DNA of 64,000 nt from Spirochaetia bacterium (GTDB lineage Bacteria > Spirochaetota > Spirochaetia > CADAEX01): NCBI GenBank assembly GCA_963662795.1, contig OY759746.1:3392001-3456000 (forward strand). The letters run 5' to 3'. Position numbers and translations under genes: made by a program. Positions 1 to 9,331 of the stretch are shown piece after piece. The notes under the pieces are model-generated. The model saw nothing but the letters and a program-made list of their open reading frames with translations, ran no database searches and was not told where the DNA came from. Each line of letters starts with the position of its first letter. The first letter of the stretch is position 1.

Positions 1-166
1 AGGTCTTATAAAGTCAAAATTAAAGGAAATAAGTGAAACTGATATTCATATATCAATACTTATTTTAAATCTTGATAAAAATATTTGCTGAAGAGCTCGC
101 AGGAATCAAAAGCAGGTATAAAATAAAGAGAAATAGGATTGCATAAATCTTTTTTCAGCAAGCTCT
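1..166 (+). mobile_element. Right end of a probable IS5-family element: transposase C-terminal fragment plus terminal inverted repeat
   Basis: Frame 2 (2-91) reads GLIKSKLKEISETDIHISILILNLDK, resembling the C-terminal '(L)I..KL.E.SET.I...IL..NL' segment of IS5-family DDE transposases. It is followed by TTTTTTCAGCAAGCTC (150-165), similar to IS5-type ends. The element is cut by the window edge. Confidence 0.5.
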
Positions 167-167
167 A

Positions 168-260
168 AATAGAAACATAAAGGAAAAGTTCTGTAAGCGC
201 CAATTAAACCCCACCTTATTGGAAAATTCCATTGAGTTTTTAGAAGTGCCCATAAGATAA
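168..260 (+). mobile_element. Possible 3' end of a second IS (frame ending EFLEVPIR*, TIR-like GAGTTTTTAGAAGTGCCC at 234-251)
   Basis: The frame at 168-260 has no stop until 258 and ends EFLEVP. I recall this motif as a recurrent IS terminal sequence in spirochaete genomes; not verified by search. Confidence 0.35.
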
Positions 261-337
261 AATGGTAAAAGCGTTAAGCGCTTACAAATCCCTTTACCAC
301 TATATAAAAATAGTTTAATATTTCACATTTATTATAG

Positions 338-1003
338 CTATTCTTCCAAATTATCCATATGTGTCCAGTGTCCTTCTGATATATCACCGCCTGTATAAGT
401 AAAAGTTTCTCCGTCTGAAGTTATTTTTCTTATCCGGTTCCAGCCTTCAAATACTCTTACATTGTCAAAAAAATGGTTGGTATCAGGATCATCATCTGTA
501 TCCACATATGTTCCGTTTAGTATAGTTTCTGCAGTTGAATACAGGTAATAATACCATTCAACAGGGGCTGATTCAAAATTACCATATACGATATCATCAC
601 TCGTACTATCTATATCTATAACTGCAGTTGTAATATTTGCTGAAGGATTTGATGAACTAACACCGGTCCAGCCTGAGGATGAATAAACTGCGGGAGCAAA
701 AGGGGTAATACTGTCATAATTAAAATTAACTAAATTATCAGAATTCTCAGTTTGATAAATAACACCTGTATCTGATTCATCATAAAGCCTGAAATTACCT
801 CCGGGGGGAGTAAAACCTTCTGTCCATGGTGGTGTGCCTGAAGTAACAAATGTCCTGTCCACAGTTCCTGATAATACAAGCGAACTCCCGAGACTTTTTG
901 CATCGTTCACATCATCTCCGCTTCCGCCCGAACTGTCGCAAGCGATAAAAAAGGCAGCGAAGATAAGACCAGCAATAGCAGTAAATAATATAATCTTTTT
1001 CAT
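338..1003 (-). CDS. Acidic lipoprotein of unknown function
   Basis: Signal peptide MKKIILFTAIAGLIFAAFFIA-C with lipobox Cys, then a Ser/Gly/Asp linker and a beta-rich acidic body. Confidence 0.75.
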   Translation of the reverse strand: MKKIILFTAIAGLIFAAFFIACDSSGGSGDDVNDAKSLGSSLVLSGTVDRTFVTSGTPPWTEGFTPPGGNFRLYDESDTGVIYQTENSDNLVNFNYDSITPFAPAVYSSSGWTGVSSSNPSANITTAVIDIDSTSDDIVYGNFESAPVEWYYYLYSTAETILNGTYVDTDDDPDTNHFFDNVRVFEGWNRIRKITSDGETFTYTGGDISEGHWTHMDNLEE

Positions 1004-1080
1004 AAAGCCGTCCTTGATCTTTATTTCTTCAATCCTAGATTGAAGTTAAGATATATTATCCGTACATTGATATCCCTGTC

Positions 1081-1102
1081 GTCCCGTTATGCAAAACGGT
1101 AC
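1081..1102. promoter_or_regulatory. Imperfect palindrome GTCCCGTT-N6-AACGGTAC, candidate operator upstream of the lipoprotein gene
   Basis: 7/8 inverted repeat about 80 bp upstream of the lipoprotein start, in the spacer after the AraC gene. Confidence 0.35.
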
Positions 1103-1167
1103 TTTAAAAAATTGTTTTTTTTATGTTAATTGAATTAGCAGCAAATATCAGGATATGGTATTCAGGA

Positions 1168-2274
1168 TTATTTTGTTTCTGTTTGCTTTATATACTCGGA
1201 AGGGGTCATCCCCATTTTTTCCATAAAAAACCGGTTGAAGGTGGTTTTGGAGGGGAAACCGGCATCATACGCAAGCTCAAGAATTGAATGTGCCCTGTGG
1301 GCTCCCTGATTTACCATATTGATAAAATGCTCAAGGCGCCTTGTATTCAGGTAGCACCTGAAGCTGACCGTGCAGCAGTGATTTATCGCAAAGGATAGAC
1401 GGTTTGAATGGATATTTAACTCAGAGGCAAGGTCAGAAAGCGTAAGGTCGGGGTTCTGCCAGACGCCTTCTTTAAAACGCTTTTCTACTTTATCCATCAG
1501 CTGTCTGCACTCAGTATCAGAACAAAGCTGCACCAAAGGGCCTTCCCTGCATTTATCTTCAGGTAAAGAAACATCAGAAGATGTCAGTAGAAGAAAGGAA
1601 ATGAAGTAAATAAGCGCAGCCATTGTTACGGACACTAAAAGAAAAGGGCCTGCAGTCCTCGGGTCCTGCATATTCCGGGAAACTGAGGGCAGAACTGCAA
1701 CATAAGCAAATGAAGCAAGGACCAAAGAGGGGGCAATCACCAGAGACCTGATCCATAAGCGCTTTGCTCCGGAAACTCTTTTTGATTTCTCTCCGAAAGC
1801 AATCAGCGCGGAAAAAACCAGATAGACGATATTAACAAGGACTTTTAGTCCGTTTCTGAATGGCAGCCAGAGAGGCGGAGTTCCTGCAAAAACATTCCGG
1901 ATAAAAAGCGCATATTCCACTCTGTCCATTGATAACAGTGTAAACGTTACTGCCGTAACTTCAAGGACATAGGGTGCAAAGTGAATAAACAGCGGTTTGG
2001 GCGTATTTAATGTGTCGCTTACCAATTCCCTTATATACCACCAGATTAAAAAGCTGAAGAGAAAAGGGAGAGGGGCTGTCATTGGATAAATCCAGGGATA
2101 AGATAGGAGAATTTCAGGTTTCCATGTAGGGATAGTCGCAAGCCTCAGAGAGAAGACAACCAGAAGGAGAGCAAGAGGCAAATTTTTCCGGTGGCTGAAC
2201 CTGAAAATAATTGAAAGAAGTACAATTAATCCCTGTAAGCCGCCCAGAGCCGCAATAACAGTGAGGATACGCAT
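1168..2274 (-). CDS. AraC-family transcriptional regulator with N-terminal multi-pass membrane domain
   Basis: About 6-7 hydrophobic segments, then the C-terminal AraC HTH (LTLSDLASEL...LS.AIN...F..YLN..R...SILELAYDAGF.SKTTFNRFF....GMTPSEY). Confidence 0.9.
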   Translation of the reverse strand: MRILTVIAALGGLQGLIVLLSIIFRFSHRKNLPLALLLVVFSLRLATIPTWKPEILLSYPWIYPMTAPLPFLFSFLIWWYIRELVSDTLNTPKPLFIHFAPYVLEVTAVTFTLLSMDRVEYALFIRNVFAGTPPLWLPFRNGLKVLVNIVYLVFSALIAFGEKSKRVSGAKRLWIRSLVIAPSLVLASFAYVAVLPSVSRNMQDPRTAGPFLLVSVTMAALIYFISFLLLTSSDVSLPEDKCREGPLVQLCSDTECRQLMDKVEKRFKEGVWQNPDLTLSDLASELNIHSNRLSFAINHCCTVSFRCYLNTRRLEHFINMVNQGAHRAHSILELAYDAGFPSKTTFNRFFMEKMGMTPSEYIKQTETK

Positions 2275-2479
2275 TTAATAATTATAAAGCAGTTATACTG
2301 ATAATGGAACCTTAAGAAATTCGCTATCATAAAGATTCTAAATAACTCTAATAGCAGGATTTGTTTCTTTTGATGTGTTTTTATACATGCTCCTGATGGA
2401 TATTTTGTGTTGCATATTCATTAAACATCTATAAAAACTACCACTTTTCGCATCCGAAAAAAAAGGATAAAATCTCCCT

Positions 2480-3943
2480 ATGGCTCTTGATTACTTTGAA
2501 TTAATAAACAGACGGAAAACCCATCCCTCCTGGCGTCTTATGACAGCTGAAAACGGCCCTCTTATTGCAGGTTTTCTTGATTCTGTTTTCAGGGAAAACA
2601 ATCTCCGAAGTATAGAAGAGGCTGAGCTTTCCATGAGGCTCGAAGACTATCTTTATTTCCTCTCTGAAGCAGGTGCACAGCAGGAGTTTCCCCGGAGTGC
2701 AAGGGAATATCTTGATGAATGGGCCCATAACGAGAAGGGTTGGCTTAGAAAATATTATCCCCAGGGGTCGGATGAACCCCATTACGACCTCAGTCCTGCT
2801 GTCGAGAAGGCCCTTCAGTGGCTTGACGGGCTGTTTGAACAGGGTTTCATAGGTACCGAGAGCCGGCTGTTTGCAAGTATTGATCTCTTGAGGCAGATTG
2901 TCCATGGAGTGGAAGAGGATAAAACTGAACGGATAAAGGAGCTTGAACGTCAGAAGAATGAAATAAACCGGCAGATTAAAGCTATTGAAGAGGGTGATAT
3001 TTCCACACTTGATTCGAGGGAGGTCCGTGAGCGTTATATTCAGTTCAGCAAAATATCCCGCGAGCTCCTTGGCGACTTCAGGATGGTTGAACATAATTTC
3101 AGGGAGCTTGACCGCTCTGTAAGGGAAGAGATTGCTGCCTGGACCGGCGAGAAGGGAGAACTTCTTGAGACAATATTCGGAGAACATGATCAGATTACGC
3201 AGTCTGAACAGGGGCTGAGTTTCAGGGCATTCTGGGACTTTTTGATGTCCTCGGGAAGCCAGGAAGAGTTTACATCGCTCCTTGACCGGGTTTTTGAGCT
3301 TGAAGAGCTTGGTGATTTAACAAATGATAAACGCTTGAAGCGTATTCATTTTGAGTGGATAAATGCCGGTGAACAGACACAGCGGATGGTCGCAAGGCTT
3401 TCGAGGCAGCTGAGGAGGTTTCTTGATGACCGAAGTTATTATGAAAACAAACGGATAGTAAGGCTTCTTGACAGCATCGATCAAAGAGCACTTGAAGCCA
3501 GGGAAGATGCTCCTCAGAAGCCGTTTTTCATGGAGATAGAGGGTATCCGTCCCTCTTTCCAGCTCCCTATGGAGCGACCGCTCTTCTCTCCTCCTCTTAA
3601 GATTGAACTTGATTCAGTGATTATAGGGGGAGAGGGGAAAGATATTGATACATCAGTTCTTTTTAATCAGGTTGTTGTCGATAAATTCAGACTAAAACGT
3701 AATATTGATGAAATCCTTGAACTCCGGGAGCAGGTGAGTCTTGGCGCTATAATTGAGCACTGCCCGCTTGAAGAGGGCCTTGCCGAGCTTGTTACCTATT
3801 TTACCATAGCTGAAGAAAACCGGTTTGCGTTTGTTGATGAGGACAAATCAGAAGAGGTATTCTGGATAGATCATGATGGTAAAAATAGATATGCAAAAAT
3901 GCCTTTGATAATGTTTCAAAAAAGGAAGAAAGAGAATGACTAA
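2480..3943 (+). CDS. jetA: Wadjet JetA (DUF3375, MksF-like kleisin)
   Basis: HPSWRLM.AEN.PLI, YL.EW....GWLRKYYP..SDEPHYDL, GTESRL, QG.SFRAFWDFL, SRQLRRFLDD motifs; first gene of the four-gene cluster. Confidence 0.88.
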   Translation: MALDYFELINRRKTHPSWRLMTAENGPLIAGFLDSVFRENNLRSIEEAELSMRLEDYLYFLSEAGAQQEFPRSAREYLDEWAHNEKGWLRKYYPQGSDEPHYDLSPAVEKALQWLDGLFEQGFIGTESRLFASIDLLRQIVHGVEEDKTERIKELERQKNEINRQIKAIEEGDISTLDSREVRERYIQFSKISRELLGDFRMVEHNFRELDRSVREEIAAWTGEKGELLETIFGEHDQITQSEQGLSFRAFWDFLMSSGSQEEFTSLLDRVFELEELGDLTNDKRLKRIHFEWINAGEQTQRMVARLSRQLRRFLDDRSYYENKRIVRLLDSIDQRALEAREDAPQKPFFMEIEGIRPSFQLPMERPLFSPPLKIELDSVIIGGEGKDIDTSVLFNQVVVDKFRLKRNIDEILELREQVSLGAIIEHCPLEEGLAELVTYFTIAEENRFAFVDEDKSEEVFWIDHDGKNRYAKMPLIMFQKRKKEND

Positions 3944-4541
3944 ATACGGCAACCAGCTTCCTGCTATTCTGATTGCGCTTTTGAAGGGGGTGGTTTATCG
4001 GGAAGAGAACAACAGAAAATGGCAGGATCTGCTTGATCACCAGGGAGCGGTAAGAGATTATCTCTCAGTTATAGGGCTCGAACTCTTTCTTTTTGAAGAT
4101 GAGGGGTTTGCTTTTCTGAAGAATAAAGAAAAAAATGAGGAAACTGCCGAAATCCCCCAGCTTATTGTACGGCGTCAGCTCTCATACCCTGTAAGTCTGC
4201 TTCTTTCACAGCTTAGGAGAAAACTTGCTGAGCATGATGCCTCTAGCGGTGAAGAGCGGCTGATTATCGACAAACAGGAGATCGTGGATTTAATGGGAAC
4301 ATTTATGCTCCAGGGAAGCAACGAGGTACAGTTTATAAGGAAGGTTGACAGCACGCTTCAGAAAGCCTCTGAACTGGATTTTATCAGATTCCTGGGGGAA
4401 AAAAAAGACAAAATCGAGGTTAAGAGAATAATCAAGGCTTTTGTCGATGCTCAATGGCTGAAGGAGTTTGACGACCGGTTGAAAGACTATCTTGAATATG
4501 CGATAGAATCCGGAAGGCAGGGAGATATGGAAGATGAGTGA
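3936..4541 (+). CDS. jetB: Wadjet JetB (DUF4194, MksE-like KITE)
   Basis: LLKGVVYRE..W..L, VRDYL.VIGL, EG.AFL, RRQLSY.VSLLL..LRRKL.E.D, IIKAFVDAQWL; overlaps jetA and jetC by 8 bp each. Confidence 0.88.
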   Translation: MTKYGNQLPAILIALLKGVVYREENNRKWQDLLDHQGAVRDYLSVIGLELFLFEDEGFAFLKNKEKNEETAEIPQLIVRRQLSYPVSLLLSQLRRKLAEHDASSGEERLIIDKQEIVDLMGTFMLQGSNEVQFIRKVDSTLQKASELDFIRFLGEKKDKIEVKRIIKAFVDAQWLKEFDDRLKDYLEYAIESGRQGDMEDE

Positions 4542-7500
4542 TTCCAACGGATTTCTGGAGTTTTCCTCTAATGATGCTCTTGCAGGTTTCAGACTCAAAC
4601 GGCTTGAAGTTTATAACTGGGGAACTTTCCACAACAGGATATGGGAACTGCGTCTTGACGGGCTTAACGGACTTTTAACAGGAGATATCGGTTCCGGGAA
4701 ATCAACCCTTGTAGATGCTGTTACAACCCTTCTTGTTCCTGCCAACAAGGTGTCATACAACAAGGCAGCAGGGGCTGAGTACAAGGAGCGGAGTCTTCGG
4801 TCCTATGTTCTGGGCTACTACAAGTCTGAACGGAGCGATGGAGGCTATTCTGCAAAGCCTGTAGCCCTCCGGGACCGTAACTCATACTCAGTTATACTCG
4901 GCTCGTTTTTCAACGAAGGTTATGATCAGGAAGTTACGCTGGCTCAGGTCTTCTGGCAGAAGGAGGCCGCAGGACAGCCGTCGCGGTTTTATGTACTTGC
5001 AGACAGAGACCTTTCAATAGTTGAGCATTTTTCGAATTTCGGCTCAGACATATCACGGCTTAAAAAAGAACTAAAAACACTTGAGCATGTTGAGCCCCCC
5101 TTCGATACCTTTCCCCCATACGGAGCAGCTTTTCGCCGTCGGTTCGGTCTGCAAAGCGACCAGGCTCTCGAGCTTTTTCACCAGACTGTATCGCTCAAAT
5201 CGGTAGGAAACCTGACCGGTTTTGTACGTGAACACATGCTTGAATCTTTCGATACTTCCCCCCGGATTGAAGAGCTTATCAATCATTTTGAAGACCTTAA
5301 CCGGTCACATGAAGCTGTTCTTAAGGCGAAATCCCAGATCGAAAGGCTGACCCCTTTATCTGAAAAGTTATCAAAATTCGAACTTCTCGAGAAAGAGAGG
5401 ATAAAAATGCGTTTATGCCGGGATGGTTTAAGTCCCTATTTTGCCTCTGAGAAGTTATTGCTTTTGTCAAGCAGGATTGAAAAACAGGACAGCATAATAA
5501 ATAAACAAAAAATAAAGGAAGAAGGGGTATCCTCGAAAAGAAAATCATTGCAAAAAGAGAGGGATGATCTCAAACTGGCAATTGCGGAAAACGGGGGAGA
5601 CCGTCTTGAGTCTTTGAAGAACGAGAAAAAAGCTTTAGAGGAGGAGAAGGAGAAAAAGCTTTCAAAATTTGAAAAATACCGGAAACTATGCAGATCTCTC
5701 GAGCTGCCTCAGATAAAGGATGCTGACGGTTTTATTGATAACAGGATTAATGCAAAACAGAGGCTTGAAGGGTTCCGGGAAAAATCTGCAGAGCTTCAGA
5801 ACAGCAGAACAGATCAGGAAGTCATAATCAAGGGGCTGAAGGATGAGCACAGCATGGTTTCGGATGAAATTGACTCCCTGAAAAAAAGACAGAGCAATAT
5901 CAGTCTGAAGCAGATAAGTATCAGGGATGATTTATGCGCTGCTATAGGATTATCCCCGGAAAAGCTTCCGTTTGCAGGTGAACTTATCATGGTCAGGGAA
6001 GAAGAGTCCCTCTGGGAAGGGGCTGCTGAGAGGGTGCTTCATAATTTTGCCCTTTCCCTTCTTGTTCCTGCCGCTAACTACAAAGCAGTTACCGAGTGGG
6101 TTGACAGGACACACCTGCGCGGACGTCTTGTGTATTACAAGGTTGGAGAAGGTGTAGTTCAGTTTGTTCGCGATCCGGATGCAGGACTGCTCCCTTCAAA
6201 ACTCCTGGTAAAACCGGATTCTGTATTTCATGAATGGCTTGAAGAGCAGCTGCACCGCCGCTTTGATTATACCTGCTGCGAAAGCCTCGATGAGTTTCGA
6301 AAGGTAAAGAAGGGTATTACCCGTTCTGGGCAGATCAAGGGTTCCCTCTCCCGGCATGAAAAAGATGACCGCCATGATATAAATGACAGGGGTAGTTATG
6401 TTCTCGGATGGACAAATCGCGATAAAATCAAGGCGCTGAGTTCAAGACAGAAGGAACTTGAAGAGGCAATGGCTGAAATTGCCGGTGAAATAAACCGAAT
6501 CCGCGATGCGATTGAAACCCTGGACAGGGAAAAGAACAATCTCAATAACATTGAATTTTATAATGACTATGAAGAGATTAACTGGCATCCTGCAGCAGGG
6601 AGGATTGAATACCTTAAGGGGGAGATATCAAAGCTTGAGAAATCATCTGACATACTTAAATTACTTAATGAGAATCTTCAGAGGATAGACTCAGAACTGG
6701 AACTTGTTGAAACGGAACTTGAGATGGTGCGCTCTGAAATAACAACCCTGACCGAGCGTAACCGTGCAGCCAGAGAACAGCTTGAAGCGGAAGTGGAAAT
6801 AATAAACGATTCAGGTGCAGAGATTGATAAGCTCCGCTCTGCATTAAAAACTCTTGTAGATGAAGCTCTGGGGGATTTCCGGCTGACAGTCGAGAATTGT
6901 GACGCTCATCAGAAAAAGGTACGGGAATGGCTCCAGGGGAAGTTAGACGCGATCGATAAGCGGGTAAAAGTGTTATCAGAGAGTATTATAAGCATTATGG
7001 CCGATTTCCGAAACGATTATCCGGCAGAGACCAGCGATTTTGATGCATCACTTGAGTCAGCCCCTGATTTTCTTTCCTTACTCAATCAGCTGAATGCTGA
7101 TGATCTTCCGAAATATGAGGAACGGTTCAAACGGCAGCTGAACGAGAATACAATCCGCGGCATTGCGGGTTTTCAGGCCCAGCTTAACAAGGAATTCAGG
7201 CAGATAGAAGAACGGGTGAGCCATATAAACAAATCCATGGCAGCAATCGAATATAACAAGGGGCGGTACATCAAGCTTGAAACTCTTCCCTCAAACGATT
7301 CAGATATCCGCGGGTTCCGTCAGGAACTCAGATCCTGTACCGAAGGAAGCCTTGCCAGTACCGATAATGAACAGTATACCGAGGAGAAGTTTCTGCAGGT
7401 CAAGCGTATTGTAAACAGGTTCAAAGGGCGCGAGGGGACTTCTGATCTTGATAAAAAATGGACACAGAAAGTCACAGATGTAAGAAACTGGTTTGCCTTT

Positions 7501-7920
7501 GCCGCATCGGAGCGCTGGATTGAAGATGACAGCGAATATGAGCATTACACTGATTCCGGAGGAAAGTCAGGCGGACAGAAGGAGAAGCTTGCATATACTG
7601 TACTTGCAGCAAGCCTTGCGTATCGGTTCGGCCTTGAATGGGGAGAGATCCGTTCCCGCAGTTTCCGCTTTGTAGTTATTGACGAAGCTTTCGGCCGCGG
7701 CTCTGATGAGTCGGCCCGCTTCGGGCTTGAACTTTTTAAACAGCTTAATCTACAGATCCTTATCATTACCCCGCTTCAGAAAATTCATATTATTGAACCC
7801 TATGTATCTACTGTCGGTTTTGTCCACAACGAGGAAGGGAAAAAATCTCTTCTAAGATCGATTACAATAGCGGAATATAAGGCGGAAAAAGAGCAGGCTC
7901 TCAAGGCGGTGCCAAGTTGA
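4534..7920 (+). CDS. jetC: Wadjet JetC, SMC/MukB-like ATPase
   Basis: N-terminal YNWGTF and Walker A GDIGSGKST, long coiled coils around a hinge (LPFAGELI), C-terminal signature SGGQKEKLAY and Walker B VVIDEAF. Confidence 0.92.
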   Translation: MSDSNGFLEFSSNDALAGFRLKRLEVYNWGTFHNRIWELRLDGLNGLLTGDIGSGKSTLVDAVTTLLVPANKVSYNKAAGAEYKERSLRSYVLGYYKSERSDGGYSAKPVALRDRNSYSVILGSFFNEGYDQEVTLAQVFWQKEAAGQPSRFYVLADRDLSIVEHFSNFGSDISRLKKELKTLEHVEPPFDTFPPYGAAFRRRFGLQSDQALELFHQTVSLKSVGNLTGFVREHMLESFDTSPRIEELINHFEDLNRSHEAVLKAKSQIERLTPLSEKLSKFELLEKERIKMRLCRDGLSPYFASEKLLLLSSRIEKQDSIINKQKIKEEGVSSKRKSLQKERDDLKLAIAENGGDRLESLKNEKKALEEEKEKKLSKFEKYRKLCRSLELPQIKDADGFIDNRINAKQRLEGFREKSAELQNSRTDQEVIIKGLKDEHSMVSDEIDSLKKRQSNISLKQISIRDDLCAAIGLSPEKLPFAGELIMVREEESLWEGAAERVLHNFALSLLVPAANYKAVTEWVDRTHLRGRLVYYKVGEGVVQFVRDPDAGLLPSKLLVKPDSVFHEWLEEQLHRRFDYTCCESLDEFRKVKKGITRSGQIKGSLSRHEKDDRHDINDRGSYVLGWTNRDKIKALSSRQKELEEAMAEIAGEINRIRDAIETLDREKNNLNNIEFYNDYEEINWHPAAGRIEYLKGEISKLEKSSDILKLLNENLQRIDSELELVETELEMVRSEITTLTERNRAAREQLEAEVEIINDSGAEIDKLRSALKTLVDEALGDFRLTVENCDAHQKKVREWLQGKLDAIDKRVKVLSESIISIMADFRNDYPAETSDFDASLESAPDFLSLLNQLNADDLPKYEERFKRQLNENTIRGIAGFQAQLNKEFRQIEERVSHINKSMAAIEYNKGRYIKLETLPSNDSDIRGFRQELRSCTEGSLASTDNEQYTEEKFLQVKRIVNRFKGREGTSDLDKKWTQKVTDVRNWFAFAASERWIEDDSEYEHYTDSGGKSGGQKEKLAYTVLAASLAYRFGLEWGEIRSRSFRFVVIDEAFGRGSDESARFGLELFKQLNLQILIITPLQKIHIIEPYVSTVGFVHNEEGKKSLLRSITIAEYKAEKEQALKAVPS

Positions 7921-9095
7921 GTATGGGCGGCTTAAAGCAGATCAAGTCCCGGCTTATCGCCCAGTGGGAGAGGGGGAGATTTTTAAAAGCATTTGCCTCA
8001 GATGAGGTTCGTTTTCCTTATGAAGTGGCAATCAAGGGACCGTCCGCCGCTGATATGGTTGATAATTTTGATGCTGTCAGGAACTGGGTGCGGGAGATAG
8101 AATCCGGATGTGCTAAAAATCATCTGAACCTTTTCTGGAAAGAGATAAATCACCGGCAGCTTGGACGCAATTCACTTCCGGAGAAAGTTGTTTTTTCAGA
8201 TATTACCGATCTTGCCGGTTTTCTTGGGAAGAAAGATGAATTCAAAACTTTCGAGGCTGCCCTTGCTGTGATTAAAACTGCATTCCCTGAGCTTGTCGAA
8301 TGGACGTTGTTATATCCATTTGAATTGGTAAAAAACAGTTCAGATATTGAAAGACTTTTGTCTATTGCCGAGTGGAGACTTCATCATCCGGAACCCTCCA
8401 TATACCTCAGGCAGCTATCCCTTCCCGGAGTTGATACGAAATTTATCGAGAAGCATAAAAAACTTCTTTCCTTCTGGTTTGATATTCTCCTCGATAATGC
8501 ACAGATCCATCATAGGTTTTCAGGAGTGTCAAAATTTGAAATGCGATACGGTTTTTTTCCGAAACCTGAAATGGTCCGGTTCAGAGTTCCTGACTCTGAT
8601 TTGAAAATTGGATCTTTTTCTGATTTGACAGTCAGATCTGATGAATTTGCTTCATTTTCACCATCTGTCAAACAGGTTTTTATTATAGAAAATGACATAA
8701 CAGCTCTTTCTTTTCCGCCGGTTAAGGATTCTCTGGTAATTTTCGGCAGAGGTTATAATTTTGATTATTTGGTCCATGCATCCTGGCTTAATCAAAAGCA
8801 ACTCTGGTACTGGGGTGATATAGATACACATGGGTTTGCAATTCTGAACCAATTCAGGACCTGTTTTCCGGATGTACGCTCATTTTTGATGGACTCAAAA
8901 ACCTTGATGGCCCACCGGGAGCACTGGGGTGTTGAAAATAAGCCTGTTATTGCCGATCTTACAAAGCTGAACATGGAAGAGACTTGTCTTTATGATGAGC
9001 TTCGGTATAACAGGATAAGGGAAAATCTCAGGCTTGAGCAGGAGTTTGTTGACTACTCATATGCAATGGAAGTTATCAATTCTCTCTCTCCTTAA
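7917..9095 (+). CDS. jetD: Wadjet JetD, TOPRIM nuclease (DUF3322 + DUF2220)
   Basis: YLRQL.LPGVDTKFIEKH, TOPRIM glutamate in IIEN, YWGDIDTHGF.IL (DxD), C-terminal RLEQE. Confidence 0.9.
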   Translation: MSMGGLKQIKSRLIAQWERGRFLKAFASDEVRFPYEVAIKGPSAADMVDNFDAVRNWVREIESGCAKNHLNLFWKEINHRQLGRNSLPEKVVFSDITDLAGFLGKKDEFKTFEAALAVIKTAFPELVEWTLLYPFELVKNSSDIERLLSIAEWRLHHPEPSIYLRQLSLPGVDTKFIEKHKKLLSFWFDILLDNAQIHHRFSGVSKFEMRYGFFPKPEMVRFRVPDSDLKIGSFSDLTVRSDEFASFSPSVKQVFIIENDITALSFPPVKDSLVIFGRGYNFDYLVHASWLNQKQLWYWGDIDTHGFAILNQFRTCFPDVRSFLMDSKTLMAHREHWGVENKPVIADLTKLNMEETCLYDELRYNRIRENLRLEQEFVDYSYAMEVINSLSP

Positions 9096-9331
9096 ACCTG
9101 CACTAAACTTATGAGTTCTACAAGACTCATTCCCAGCATAACGGGGCGTTGAGGGGAGCGGGGCTAAAGACACCCCTTTTCTCAGTTGAAAATTGAAGTA
9201 GTTTAAAAACCTGAATGCAAACATCTGTTATTACCCGCAATTCCTCTTTTTGTAATAATTTGGGCCCGATTGATTAAATATTGTAAAAAATATTAATATA
9301 ATGAGTATATTTGATGGATGAGGAGTATTAG

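Noticed and set aside
192-299. Short inverted repeats (TGTAAGCGC/GCGCTTACA; TGGTAAA/TTTACCA) downstream of the lipoprotein gene
   Set aside because: Short enough to be chance or a weak terminator; no further structure supports a distinct element.
2445-2482. Leaderless promoter for jetA (TAAAAT 6 bp before the ATG)
   Set aside because: No credible -35 at the proper spacing, and an AGGA could act as SD; undecidable from sequence.
2501-3187. 228-aa antisense ORF inside jetA, and the many other 60-170 aa antisense or alternate-frame ORFs in the track
   Set aside because: They lie within well-supported genes and have no recognisable motifs; shadow ORFs.
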